A program made the translations under genes and the position numbers. Positions 1 through 13,400 of a stretch of DNA of 64,000 nt are shown here, piece by piece. The notes beneath the pieces are model-generated. The model searched no databases and had not been told where the DNA came from. It saw only the letters and a program-made list of their open reading frames with translations. The stretch's first letter is position 1; each line of letters begins with the position of its first letter. Origin of the DNA: Eledone cirrhosa (Eukaryota); contig CAXHJY010001387.1 in NCBI GenBank assembly GCA_964016885.1, positions 90,469 to 154,468 on the forward strand, in the 5' to 3' direction.

Positions 1-323
1 GGTGGCGCTAGGGTGGCGCTGGAAGGCTGTTTACTTAGGTAAGTTTTATAAGCCATATTTGTACGTCTCTTAGACACCGTGTGAATGCATTTGAATGAAG
101 AAAACGAAGAAAATAAATAAAAGAAGCTTGTCAAAGAATTCCCTAGGGAGACCAAAGAAATAAAAGAAAATGAAAATAAGGGCAACGTCAACTTTGACAA
201 GTTACAAGAACAACAGAAACGACAAGAAAAAGAAGTAATGGTGATGAAAGGTGTGGGTGTATACATATACGTACATAAAATCATACAAACATGCACACAC
301 ATGCATATGTACATACATACATA

Positions 324-916
324 GTGGCTGCCAACTCGTTTTCGAGTACGGCCACTACTTTATATCCATGTAGGAGAACCTCTAGCGATGCGCTGAACGA
401 GTGTGACTTTTTAGTCCAGCCAGCGACTTGAAAACTCTGGTACAAACACTACACTTGTGACAATTATTGACACAGTGCTGGGCCCATGGTACCATGTGAC
501 GACAAGTGCAGAGAGATCTCCAGATATAAAGCAATGCCTGTGCCGTGAAGCTTTTATAGTGAGCAAAGGCATTGCACAAAGCCAGTCCCACTCTCTTAAC
601 CAAGATGATATTTACCAAAAAGAAGAACAAGTCAACATCATTGGACACCATTAGGGTTGCAGGTGTTATATCAGAGTTTTCCTTCTCCTAGAATTCTGCC
701 TTGACAAAGGCTAAGGGGTGATCTCTCCCGGTGATTTTGGATGGCCATTGACTCTTAAGAGCTCCTTTGCCCTTTGACAGGTTTTGTTTTTAGTCCTGCA
801 GGATGTCCAAAGTCACCCTCCTCACCAAGAAACATTGTTGGGGTTGCCAGTTTAGTCGCCAACGAACCGACCATGAGACAGGTTGTACTGGGATACATGT
901 TACCAGTAGCACCAAC
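324..916 (-). mobile_element. ~590-bp non-autonomous RTE-derived element (5'UTR fused to 3' zinc-finger end), copy 1
   Basis: Near-identical to 33760-34357 in reverse. 5' part resembles the RTE 5'UTR at 9578-9875. 3' part encodes CSVCTRVFKSLAGLKSHTRSAHR, like the last zinc finger of the RTE at ~13960-14037. Flanked by (CATA)n. Confidence 0.8.
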
Positions 917-1206
917 ATACATACATATATACATACATACATACATACACACATATATACACACAGGCCGGTGTTGGTGTTTGATGAGGTTGAGAACCTG
1001 GTCAGCTTTCAACCAGAGCTGTGGTATTTAATCTCCCTAGGTAATCAAATCTGGAGGCAAAATTTTCTCCTTAACAAAAAAAAAAAAAAATCATGTCAAC
1101 ATCCTTACACACTTAAATATAAATGCATGTATATATACAAATGTATAAATGCATAGCTAAATACATAGGTAAATGTATGTATGTATATATGTATGTATGT
1201 ATGTAG

Positions 1207-1252
<46 letters not shown>

Positions 1253-1711
1253 AGAGAGAGAGAGGGGGGGGGAGAGAGAGAGAGAGAGCGAGAGAGAGAG
1301 TATACACACACACATATATATATTTTTTATTTTTTATGTTCCACTGCCTGGGCCGACCAAAGCCCTGTGAGTGGATTTGATAGACCGAAACTAAAAGAAG
1401 CGCGTCGTATATATGTCTGTGTGTGTCTTTGCGTTTGTGTTTGCGTTCCCACCAATGCTTGTTGGTTTGTTGACGTCCTCATAACTAACCAAGGTGATGC
1501 TCCAACATGGGCGTAGTCCAGAGACAGAAAAAAAGTAAAGTATATATATATATATATAATATATGTGTATGTGTGTGTAGAAGAGGGGTCTCAAAATGAA
1601 GGACATAAAAGGGCCATTACGTCCTGGAGGAGAGGCATAGTGGGCCAAACGTGGTGGTGGATGACGATTTTCACCAGTTATAATCATTTCTACTATAGGC
1701 ACAAGGCATGA

Positions 1712-1900
1712 CATTTAGGGTTTAGGGTCCCGTCGATTACATCGATCCCAGTTCACAACTGGTACTTAATTTATCGACCCCAAAAGGGTGAAAGGCAAAG
1801 TTGAGATCGGCGGAATTTGAACTCGGAACGTAAAAACGGAAGAAGTACCGCTAAGCATTTCGCCAGATGTTCTAACGATTCCACCAGCTCACCGCCTTAT
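1712..1900 (-). mobile_element. tRNA-derived SINE (family with CCTTTCATCC..GGGGTCGATAAA..AAGTACCAG central block)
   Basis: Minus strand has A-box-like TGGTGGAATCGTTAG, B-box GAGTTCAAATTCC and the conserved central block shared with other copies in the window. Confidence 0.8.
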
Positions 1901-1959
1901 TTTCACCAGTTATAATGGAATCTAAAATATTGGTTCTCTCACTCTATATATATACATAG

Positions 1960-2062
<103 letters not shown>

Positions 2063-2112
2063 CACATACATATATATACATATATATATATTTATATATA
2101 CATATATATATT

Positions 2113-2199
<87 letters not shown>

Positions 2200-2297
2200 A
2201 GTTGTTATTTGACGTTGTTGAAAAGAGCAGTGGCCTTTGACCAGGCTATAAAAACTGGAGACAAAATTCTTTCTGTACCAAAAACAAGGCACACACA

Positions 2298-2340
<43 letters not shown>

Positions 2341-2399
2341 ATGTGTGTATGTGTGTGTGTGTGTGCGTGTACGCATGTGTGTGTGTGTGTGTATATATC

Positions 2400-2438
<39 letters not shown>

Positions 2439-3014
2439 GATACAGATATTGTTTGTTCACTGTCACCAATCATCTCAATTCATTCGTTGTAACTAAGTTT
2501 GCGATCGAGGCACTTTATTTTGCAAGGTACTATTTTTCACTTTCGTTTGTGATTCAAGAGAAAGGTAAGAATTTCTTCATATTTTGCATCTTTTGTATTT
2601 TGACTTTACACTTTGAATTGTAGAATTGTCTATCCACTCAAAATATTACAACAGCTAACAGTGAAATATAGAATTAAAAAAAGAAAGCTTTTTCGACTGA
2701 GATCAAATCTTTGAGAACATTCACGTCTTTTTTTTTAAATATATCATTTGAAAAAGCTTGCTTTTGTTTGGGACTGAAATTTTTTGTATTTAATTCGTAC
2801 GAGTATTTTTAAAAGATCTTTTTAAAGATTCTAACATAACTTGATTTGGCCCAGTAATCTACTGATATCAAAATTAGTAGTATATTGAAAAATAGAAAAA
2901 TAGGGTAGGGGCGTTTCGTGATGTTGAGGGGCAAAAGGTTTGGCCGAAATGGGTTGAGAACCTTTGCTCTAAATCTATGACTGCGTATATGTATAGAGCC
3001 CTCCCCCCCTCTCT

Positions 3015-3062
<48 letters not shown>

Positions 3063-3185
3063 GGAGGTGAGTTTTATTGTAGCACAATAAAGCAATGCAA
3101 ATATCGGATAAGTAGCACTCTACAGTTTGTAGAACTGGAGTATAAATAATATAAGATCAAAAGATGGTTAAAAGAGTTCTAAGTG

Positions 3186-3252
3186 TTTTATTATGCGCAT
3201 TTCAAAAACAAATATCATCATGAGATGATATCTGCATTTTCATCAGATAAAA
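3186..3252 (-). ncRNA. Type I hammerhead ribozyme
   Basis: ttttat-CTGATGA-long stem II (gatatcatc..gatgatatt)-GAAAT-GCGC-ATA^-ataaaa; palindromic stem III. Confidence 0.8.
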
Positions 3253-5100
3253 TAGGGATACATGATATGAAGGTTAAAAAACACTTGTGAATAGTGAAGT
3301 TTTAAATCAACATATGAAAAATAATTTAAGATTGATGTGTGATATTGGGAAAAAGTGAGGGGGGTTGGAAAGGGTAAGGAAGAGGAGGAGATGATAGTAA
3401 AGAATTGTGGGGAGGAGTATAAGAAGGAAGGATGAGAGAGGAGGAGAGATGGATGATAGAGAGAGGGAGATAGCCTTTACAACTGAGAAAAATATATATT
3501 GTCTCACAGAGAGAAGTTAAAAAGTCGTTGGAAGATAATAGATAATTTAAAAGAATTTGAAATTAAAAGTTGATGAAGAGAAAAAGGGGTTAAGAATAAT
3601 ATTAAATTAAGGTTTGTATATTGAAGGGTTTAATAATATGTGCAAGGAAAAGAAATTGTTAATATGTATTATTAAAATAAAAATATTAATGTTATTAAGG
3701 ATATAATGTGAAAAGAAGTTGAAGAGTGGATGAGTTATGAATTTAGAGGAATTAGTTAGTGTTTAAGTTTGTTTTTATGTAATGTAATATGTGTGTGTAA
3801 TATATGTACGTAAATAGTTTGTTTAAAAATGAGCGCAGAAAGCAAAGAAGAAAAGAATGTTTAAGGAAGAAAATATCTAACATCAAAATATATGTTTACG
3901 AAATATTTTCTAATGGTCATAATATAATATATTAAAAGAAATTAGTTAGGGTTTAAGTTTGTTTTTATGTATTGTAATATGTAATATGTAAAAGTCAAAC
4001 GAGCATGAAAGGAAGAGATAAGGAATTTAAGGAAGAAAAATCTAACGTCAAAAAATGTTTATGTTTACGAAGGACTATTGAAAGGTAATACTATAATGTA
4101 TTAAAAAGATAATAATAATTTTTATGGCCAATGATATGAAGAAAGATGGAAGAATGGATAATGTTGTGGTGAGTAATAATAAGAATTGAGAAGTAGTTAG
4201 GAAGAAAAAGTACAGATTAGAGGTTAGAAGTTAAAAAGAAAAAAGAAAAGAGGAAGAAAGGAAAATGATAGAGAGGAATGATATAGAATGAGTAACTTGT
4301 ATTATATAATATATAATAAATAATATTGAAATAAGGTAGAAAGATGGGTATATTTAAAAAGAATATATAAGCCTTTGAGAAAAAGGATTTTAAACTAGTA
4401 AGGTATTAGATATTAGCTGTATACTTTATGGAATGTTCTGTGGAATGTATGCAAGCAGAGAGAAAATAAATCAGTGCGTCTATTTATTATAGAATTTAAA
4501 TTAGATATAATGGTAAATTTCTCAGATAGGCAAACTATTTACGTACATATATTACGCACACATATTACATTACATAAAAACAAACTTAAACACTAACTAA
4601 TTCCTCTAAATTCATAGCTCATCCTCTCTTCTACTTCTTTTCACATTATATCCTTAATAACATTAATATTTTTATTTTAATAATACATATCAACAATTTC
4701 TTTTCCTCGCACATATTATTAAACCCTTCAATATACAAACCTTAATTTAATATTATTCTTAACCCCTTTTTCTCTTCATCAACTTTTAATTTCATATTCT
4801 TTTAAATTATCTATTATCTTCCAACGACTTTTTAACTTCTCTCTGTGAGACAATATATATTTTTCTCAGTTGTCAAGGCTATCTCTCTCTCTCTCTATCA
4901 CCCATCTCTCCTCTTCTCTCATCCTTCCTTCTTATACTCCTCCCCCACCATTCTTTACTCTCATCTCCTCCTCTTCCTTACCCTTTCCAACCCCCTCACT
5001 TTTTCCCAATATCACACATCAATCTTAAATTATTTTTCATATGTTGATTTAAAACTTCACTAGTCACAAGTGTTTTTTAACCTTCATATCATGTATCCCT

Positions 5101-5169
5101 ATTTTATCTGACGAAAACGCAGATATCATCTCATGATGATATTTGTTTTTGAAATGCGCATAATAAAAT
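5101..5169 (+). ncRNA. Type I hammerhead ribozyme (inverted copy)
   Basis: attttat-CTGACGA-stem II-GAAAT-GCGC-ATA^-ataaaat. Confidence 0.8.
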
Positions 5170-5312
5170 ACTTAGAACTCTTTTAACCATCTTTTGATCT
5201 TATATATATATATATATATGTGTGTGTAAAAGGTAAACAGAAATAACAACACAATCAATACTGTATATGGAAGATATATATTAGGTTAACGCTTGATATA
5301 GCAGGAAGAGGG

Positions 5313-5348
5313 TCTTAACGTTTCGGACGCTAGTCCTTCATCAGAAGA
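5313..5348 (-). ncRNA. Minimal type I hammerhead in a PLE pLTR fragment (~5228-5640)
   Basis: tctt-CTGATGA-AGGAC-TAGC-GTCC-GAAAC-GTT^-aaga. ATGCAAAT octamers at ~5544 and ~5572. Confidence 0.8.
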
Positions 5349-5639
5349 AAGAATGAGAAATAAAATAGATTGAGGGGACGGGCGGGGTGGAATTGGAAAA
5401 AATGTCTTTAGATAAAAATAACAGGTCCATATATATACATGCATATTAAAATGTAATACGATGTAGTCTCCATATTTATTCACGACTCACACTCTGTAGA
5501 TACTGTCGTACAATCAATGTTAGGCCGTCAGCAACGTAGTAATATGCAAATGAGTAATCAGTTTCAATCAAATTTGCATATTAATGAGTAGCTTTCGTTC
5601 GTTCTCGGACCAAATTATATAAGCCCTGTGGGCTCTCTA

Positions 5640-6150
5640 ACTGGTCTAACGACTAGATGAAATACTGGGCTAACCACTTAATTAATTACTGGGCAAATCA
5701 CTGTGCGAATTACTGAGCTAACCACTGTATTAATTGGGATAATTACTAGGTTAAACACTGGGCTAACCAATGTATTAACTGTGTACATTACTGGGTTAAC
5801 CTCTAGGCTAACCACTGGACTAACCTCTAGGCTAACCAGTGGGCTAAACTCTGTATTAACTGTGTACATTACTGGGCTAACCTCTAGGCTAACTGCTGTG
5901 TTAGCCACTGCATTAACTGTGTACATTACTGGGCTAACGTCTAGGCTAACCACGGGCCTAACAACTGTATTAACTGAGTACATTACTGGGCTAACCTCTA
6001 GACTAATCACTGAGCTAACCACAGTATTAACAGAGTACATTACCAGGTTAACCTCTAAGCTAATCACTGGCCTAACCACTGGGCTAACCTCAGTAGTAAC
6101 TGGGCTAACTCGGCTAACTACTGAGCTAAACACTGGGATAACCACTTGGT
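5640..6150. repeat. Degenerate 12-bp-unit minisatellite (ctgggctaacca / ctgtattaa)
   Basis: Directly visible tandem units; explains the Thr/Val-rich ORFs on both strands. Confidence 0.8.
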
Positions 6151-6386
6151 CAATAGGACAAGCACACACATTATACATATGCATATACTCGCATACATAT
6201 ATACATTTCTCTATATATATGTGTATGTATGTATATATATATATGTGGATGTATGTATATATATATGTGTGTTTGTGTGTGTGTATGTATATATATACAT
6301 ACACACACACACATATATATGTATATACATACGTATATACATAAATACATACATATATATACATATACATATACACACAATGGCAT

Positions 6387-6423
<37 letters not shown>

Positions 6424-6599
6424 CAGCTACACATCTGCACACATACATATACATACAGACACATGTATGTAAATATGCATGTATGTATGTAAATATGCAT
6501 GTATGTATGTAAATATGTTATCTCTTTCTCTTAATTTCGAGTATTTTTTTTTTGACCGGCCACCTTCCTGGTGGCAAGGTTGTAAAAGAAAAGAAATTG

Positions 6600-7480
6600 T
6601 CATCCCTTGAATCGCAAGAATGTTTTGCAAATTTTGAAGGTGCCAGCTATCGCAGTCATTTGTAGACTATGAATTAGGGAGCTGCGCTCTTTTTCCGCAA
6701 ATCCAAGTTCAGTTATACATTGGTCCAAGCGGGTTCGTATATAACCCGTAGCACCAATAATGATGGGTATGAAGCTAAAGGTGTATCTTGGATACTGGAT
6801 TTGTAAACTCCTCATCAATGGTCTGTAGATGTCCTCCTTCTCCTCTATTTTTCTGACAACGTTTACATCAAGTGGGCAGCTGATCTCCACAACAGAACAC
6901 GTTTTCAATGTGAGGTCCCAAACAACAATATCAGGCCTGTTGTGCTTTAATTTGGTGGCAGGTTTTATTTTCAGGTTCCACCAGTATTCCTTAGTGCCAT
7001 CTGTCTCAATATATTCTTCCTCGTTTGTTGTTAATTTTGTTTTCCGAAGTGCGTTCCAGATGGTTCTAGCTATCCCATCGTGTCTCATGGGGAGGTAGTA
7101 GCGAGATGACATTCTTTCGCAGCTGGCAACAATGTGGCTTACATCTTCGATCTTTGTTTTACATAGCCTACATTTATTGTCAGCTGATGGCCTTCCTCTT
7201 TTGTGCAGCAGATATTTGGTAGGGAGTTCTTGTTCCTGTATTGCATAGAGATATCCCTCAAGGTGTGATGTCATAAACTTGTCGGAACTCCATGGCAGGC
7301 TTATTGAGTGGTTTATCCCCTCTATGGTCTGTGTTTTACGTCTCAAGTATCCATGCACAACTTTTTCTGTAAATTGGTCAATTGTTTTATCTTGTTTGAA
7401 CATTGATTAGGATCTTCCGATTTCTCTGGGTGAGAGATTTATATCAGGCTTTATTCCATATCTCTCCTCCAGATCAGTCG
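6600..7480 (-). mobile_element. 5'-truncated RLE non-LTR retrotransposon (R4/Dong-like), CCHC + restriction-like endonuclease
   Basis: CRLC..EDVSHIVASC, RHD, KHNRPDIVVWD, VVEISCP, IPIIIGATG motifs in ORF 6600-7403. Confidence 0.85.
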
Positions 7481-7989
7481 CTATTCTAATGATATTTTTT
7501 TTTCATGTTCATAAACCTGGGCAAGATGGTTGCCAAACTTTTTCCTCTGTTGAAGGTGTTGCTTCAGTGTTACTATGCATGTATGTATGTATGTATGTAT
7601 GTATGTATGTATGTATGTATGTATGTATGTATGTATGTATGTATGTATGTTTGTCAAACTCTCTACTCTCTGTTGAATGTGTATATATATATATATGTAT
7701 GTATATGTGTGTATATACATCACTCAGTCAAACGACCAGATTTCAACCCCAACATCTACAACAACAACAACACCGGCACTAATGTTTACAGCAACACCAG
7801 CTTCAGAATGAACTGAAATGAATAATTACAACAACAACAACAGCGGCATCAAAAGAAAAGGAAGGGGAAAAAAATCAAAATAACAAAACACACACACACA
7901 CGCACACAACACAACAACAACATCAACTGCCATCACCACCACTACCGCCGCCGCCATCACCATCACCAGCGACCGGGCCTTAAGAAAAC

Positions 7990-8140
7990 AACTTTAATAA
8001 TAATTTTTCTGCTTTTGGCACGGATCCAGCGACTGGACCAGTTCATCACTGGTACTCTCATTTGTTGACTCCGTGGGGATGAAAGGCAAGGTTGACCTCG
8101 GCGGGATTTGAGCTCAGAGCGTGGAGGGCCGTGACTCTAT
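7990..8140 (-). mobile_element. tRNA-derived SINE fragment
   Basis: ggatgaaaggcaaggttgacctcggcgggatttgagctcaga matches the SINE family. Confidence 0.7.
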
Positions 8141-8230
8141 GCTGTAAAACAATTATAATAATACTGGACTGTAGTACGATCGGCTTCAACTATACAAACT
8201 CTTGAAAGTCAACAGTTGACATAATGACGG

Positions 8231-8320
<90 letters not shown>

Positions 8321-8324
<4 letters not shown>

Positions 8325-9409
8325 GAATAATCGAGTATCGAAAAATCGGCGCACGAGTTCACGATAAACAAAATTCGAGATGAGCGGCAGAGGGCTCTTT
8401 AATTCAAATAAATTAGAGCTATAACTATCGTTAAATACCGTCACACGTAGAATATGTCTACAATCAACCAAATAACCGAAAAGTTCGATATGGAAGATTC
8501 GGGACACTCAGATAAATTATCAATAAATCAATAAATGAAATGAATGTAAAATGCATACCCGGACCCACTAGAGAGATGGAATATCTAGCTTCTTGGGTTT
8601 CTGTAAATCCTTAAACCGTCATCTATCAGCTCATATAAAAATATAAGCCTTACAGATAATCGGGGGACTGGAGTTACTTCATCAACGAGCTTCGTCCGAA
8701 TGGATAAAAAGATAAGACCCAGGCTAAAAATACGCACATGGATTTCAGCAAGGGAGATAACCTTTATATCCGCAAAAATATTCGGAAAAATGTGGCAAAA
8801 ACACATATCGAATAAGAATGCTCAATAGACATGTTAAAATAAACAGGGGCTATTCATCATTTAATAGAATCGACAAAAAATGAACAATAAAATTAACTGG
8901 TCAATAGCTAAGTCTAGAGCTAAATATAGTAGAATAAACGAGTATCGAAAAATCGGCGCACGAGTTCACGATAAACAAAATTCGAGATGAGCGGCAGAGG
9001 GCTCTATAATTCAAATAAATTAGAGCTATAACTATCGTTAAAATACCGTCACACGTAGAATATGTCTACAATCAACCAAATAACCGAAAAGTTCGATATG
9101 GAAGATTCGGGACACTCAGATAAATTATCAATAAATCAATAAATGAAATGAATGTAAAATGCATACCCGGACCCACTAGAGAGATGGAATATCTAGCTTC
9201 TTGGGTTTCTGTAAATCCTTAAAACCGTCATCTATCAGCTCATATAAAAATATAAGCCTTACAGATAATCGGGGGACTGGAGTTACTTCATCAACGAGCT
9301 TCGTCCGAATGGATAAAAAGATAAGACCCAGGCTAAAAATACGCACATGGATTTCAGCAAGGGAGATAACCTTTATATCCGCAAAAATATTCGGAAAAAT
9401 GTGGCAAAA

Positions 9410-9410
<1 letters not shown>
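8321..9410 (-). mobile_element. Non-coding hammerhead tandem element, family F1 (607-bp unit x1.8), retrozyme-like
   Basis: Direct repeat with period 607 (8321/8928). (TA)n on both sides. Homologous to 37361-37805 and 62461-63885. One hammerhead and one bulged hairpin per full unit. Confidence 0.85.
8557..8690 (-). ncRNA. Expanded type I hammerhead (F1); second copy at 9165-9299
   Basis: gctcg-TTGATGA-A-GTAA..(~80 nt)..TTAC-A-GAAAC-CCA..TGG-GTC^-cgggt. Confidence 0.7.
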
Positions 9411-9449
<39 letters not shown>

Positions 9450-9884
9450 AAGTGAGTAGAGTAGCGTGTGTGTGTTTGTATGTATGTATGAGTGTTGCTG
9501 TGTGCGCGCATATGTATGCGCGTGTGTGTATGTCGTACGTATAAGTGTCAATAAGTGGTTTTTTTTTTTTTTTTTTTGCGCGCGGGGACATAGAAATAAT
9601 CGGGCTGGATGCCCGATCGCGCAGTTAAACCACTGAGAGTGAAGAACCCCTAGCCCTTGTCAGGGCATTCTTCTAGGAGAAGGCATCTCAGGAAACTGGG
9701 TTAACTCCGACATAAAACCTGCGGCTCAGTAGTTCCCGATGATGTTGATCTTTTCTTCTTTTCGGGTTATAGCTACTGTCGCTCAGAGAGTGGGATTGGC
9801 TCAGTGCACTGTCTTTCCTCACTTTAAAAATATTCGTCACGCACAGGCATTGTACGAGTGCATTAATAATTATTAATAGTGTAC

Positions 9885-9927
<43 letters not shown>

Positions 9928-9934
9928 GTTGTTA

Positions 9935-10438
9935 TTCCTTGAATCTCAGTCATTGATGTTGGTTAACTGGAAAGTCCGTTGGAATGAATATCAAGCCACT
10001 ACCTGCAGCCTCAGATATTCAGGACGTATCGGAGGGTTCTTGCTGTTCCAAGCAAGCATGCCTTTTGAAGCGCTCCAAAAAGCGTGAAGGGGCCGATTTT
10101 CTTTAACCATCCCTGGAAACTTTTGGAGATAGTCCCCAGTGCGCCTATGACAATCGGGATCACTTTGACGTCATGGCAGTTCCAAATCCTTTTCACCTCC
10201 CACTTTAGGTCCTGGTATCGGTTAATTTTCTCCCTCTCCTTCTCTTGCACTCTCGTGTCGAAAGGGCAGGCCACATCCACAATCAGACACGATCTTTTTT
10301 CTTTGTCCACAACCATCAGGTCAGGTCTATTGTGTTCCAGTTTTTTGTCCGTCTGTATCCTAAAATCCCACAGCACCTTCACCTGATTGTTCTCCATCAC
10401 CGCCTCTGGCCTATACTCATACCATTTCTCAGAATGTG
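9935..10438 (-). mobile_element. 5'-truncated R4/Dong-like RLE element in (TAA)n
   Basis: LWDFRIQTD..HNRPDL..IVDVACPFD..VIPIVIGALG in ORF 10011-10400; (TAA)n on both sides. Confidence 0.85.
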
Positions 10439-10494
10439 ATTATTATTATCATTACTATTATTATTACTTTTTTTTTTTTTTTTTTTCCAATTCA

Positions 10495-13400
10495 ATGATG
10501 TTCCAGAACAATATAAAAGAGATAATTGGCAATTTAGGTTCTGGAACAAAAAAGATCATTGGCAATAAGGGCAGGGGCCCCAGGTTATCACAGCCTGGGC
10601 CCGCTCGTCATCGTGCCATTGTAATAGAGCCAAACAAGGCATTTAGTCTTGGCTGCTGGAACGTACGGACGCTGCTTGACAGGGATTCCTTGGGGCGTCC
10701 TGAACGAAGGACCGCTCTTGTTGCAAAGGAGCTTCGACGTTACGATCTTGACATCGTGGCTTTATCTGAGACGAGGCTAGCTGGAGGTGGTCATCTTACG
10801 GAATTTTGTGGAGAATATACATTCTTCTGGAAAGGAAGAGATGAAGGAACCAGAGAGAGGCTGGGGTAGGATTTGCTGTTAAGACTGCTTGTGAACAAAT
10901 TAGAAGAATTCCCAGTAGGGATTAGTGAGCGTCTTATGTCCATGAGAGTTCCGCTGGACAAGGGAAAATATGCTACCCTGGTGAGTGTGTATGCTCCAAC
11001 TATGAGTTCTGTCGATGAGGAAAAGGTGTCCTTTTACCATGCCTTGAAAGGTGTTTTAAGAAATATCCCTCAGGCAGACAAAGTCATCGTGCTTGGTGAC
11101 TTTAATGCTAGAGTGGGTAGGGATTTTAACACATGGAATGTAATCGGAAGGCATGGGGTGGGAAAGTGTAACAGCAATGGTATGCTCCTGCTCCAGATGT
11201 GTGAGGAGCTGGATCTGTGTGTTACCAACACCATGTTCCAACAAAAGAACAAATTCAAGACCACATGGATGCATCCTGCATCTAAGGAATGGCATCTTTT
11301 GGACTACGTCCTAGTCAGGATGCGTGACAGACAGGATGTGCAGTGTGTTCGTGTTCTTCGTGGAGCTGAGTGCTGGACGGACCACCGCCTGGTACGCGCA
11401 AAAGTGAAACTAATCACTAAACGTAAAATCCGGGCTCCTGGTCTTGCCCTGCCCAAAAGATTGAATGCTGCTCGTCTTAAGGATAAAAATGTGAAGAGGA
11501 CATTGGAAGAAGAGATGCAGGCTGCAGATCTTGGTGAGGATTGGCCGACCCTTAAAAAGTCGGTTTATGATGTAGGCAGGCGTGTTCTGGGATTGGCGCA
11601 GAGGAGACATCAGGACTGGTTTGATGAGAATGATGTACATATAGAAGACTTGTTGGGTGATAAGAGGCGTGCTCTGTCACGCTACTTGACGGCAAAACCA
11701 CAGGAGAGGAATACGTTGCATGAGGAACTCAGGGATGTAAAATCATGTGTTAGGCGGAGTCTTTCTCAGATGAAGGATCAGTGGTGGAGTGAGAAGGCTG
11801 GTGAGATACAAACTGCGTCTGATTCCAATAACACAAAGCTGTTGTACAGTCTCTTGCGTGAGGTTTATGGACCGTCTTCTTCTTTGGTGACACCGCTTCG
11901 CAGCAAGGATGGCAAAGAACTTCTTCGTGACTCACAAGGAATTCTACGAAGGTGGCGAGAGCACTTTGGTGATCTTTTGAATCAGCCGTCTGTCGTCAGT
12001 GAAGATTTCCTCAATCTCATTCCAGAAAGTCCTGTGAAAGTAGCTCTCGCAGAACCTCCGACGCTTGTGGAGGTTGCAGTGGCTATTTCGAAGCTGAACA
12101 GTGGAAGATCTCCAGGTATGGATGGCATACATGCTGAGCTCCTACAATATGGTGGTGAGAGACTCCTGCAACATCTTCACTCTTTGTTTGGCAGGATATG
12201 GGCTAATGAATCCGTACCTGAGGACTGGAGAGATGCAGTAATGGTGGTCTTGTACAAGGGAAAGGGTAACAGGAACGATTGTGGGAACTACAGAGGTATA
12301 TCATTGCTTTCTGTCGTAGGGAAAGTTTTATGTAGGGTGCTTCTGGACCGTCTGCTGACACACATTGCAGATTGTGTTCTTCCTGAAAGTCAATCTGGTT
12401 TTCGTGCTGGACGCGGCACTACTGATATGATTTTCTCAGCTAGACAGCTCCAGGAGAAGTGCATGGAACAAGGCTTGGATCTGTATCAGGTTTTTGTTGA
12501 TCTGACAAAAGCTTTCGATACTGTTAACAGAGATGCATTATGGAAGGTTCTCCAGAAACTTGGTTGCCCTGATAAGTTCCTTGCTTTAGTTAGGTCTTTC
12601 CATGACGACATGAAGGCTTGGGTTAATGTCGGGGGTAACATGTCGGAGCCTATCTCAGTAAAAAATGGAGTGAAACAGGGGGATATTCCAGCACCGACCC
12701 TCTTTGCCATATACTTTGCAATGGTTTTCTGTATTGCATTCAGGAATTGCGAGCATGGTGTTTACATCCGATATCGAACCTCAGGCAGCATATTTAACAT
12801 CAGGCGCTTTGCTGCGAAGACAAAAGTATTTACATCAATCATAAGAGACCTCTTGTATGCAGATGATTGCGATCTTGTAGCGCACACAGAGAGTGATATG
12901 CAACACATTTTGAATGCATTTTCTGACGCTTGCACTGCCCTAGGTCTGACTGTCAGTCTCAAGAAAACCGTCGTCATGTACCAACCTGCCCCTGGTAAGC
13001 AGTACACTGAACCAAACATCTATGTGTATGGCAAACGACTTGGAGTGGTTGATCAGTTTGTCTACCTGGGAAGCACTGTCAATCGATACAGCAACCGTGA
13101 CAGTGAAATCTCACTTAGGATTAGGAAAGCAAGTGATGCTTTCGGAAAGCTAGAAAGGCGACTCTGGGGTTGGCGAGACATATGCAGGAGGACAAAGGTA
13201 AAGGTGTACAGGGCATGTGTGCTCTCTTGTCTTCTTTATGCCTGCAAGACCTGGGTCACATATCGATACCACCTTAAGCAATTGGAGCGTTTCCATCAGA
13301 TGTGTCTCAGACGGATCCATGGCGTTCACTGGAGGGACCACATCAGTGATGTCGAGATTTTGGAAAGCTCTATGTGTGACAGTATAGAAGCTCTTGTGCT

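Larger units (their letters stand above)
3060..5203 (-). mobile_element. 5'-truncated PLE (minus, ~4533-3060) with inverted pseudo-LTR (4531-5203, plus)
   Basis: 3147-3820 is the reverse complement of 4531-5203. Minus strand ~4533-4415 translates to CLSEKFTIISNLNSIINRRTDLFSLCLH (GIY-YIG C-terminus). Hammerhead in each arm. (TA)n on both flanks. Confidence 0.85.

Noticed and set aside
2930-2972. hAT/Charlie-like terminus (gttgagaacctttgctcta)
   Set aside because: Only one end visible; no partner TIR or TSD found.
5678-6454. Mucin-like Thr/Val ORFs
   Set aside because: 12-bp minisatellite open on both strands; no start or splice context.
8615-8632. CTGATAGA (minus strand) as the F1 hammerhead core
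   Set aside because: No stem I partner and not conserved in the 37361 copy; the TTGAYRA register upstream gives covarying stems.
9700-9735. Twister-like TAACTCCG in the RTE 5'UTR
   Set aside because: Downstream GTCCCAAGC and GAGGG pseudoknot elements are absent.
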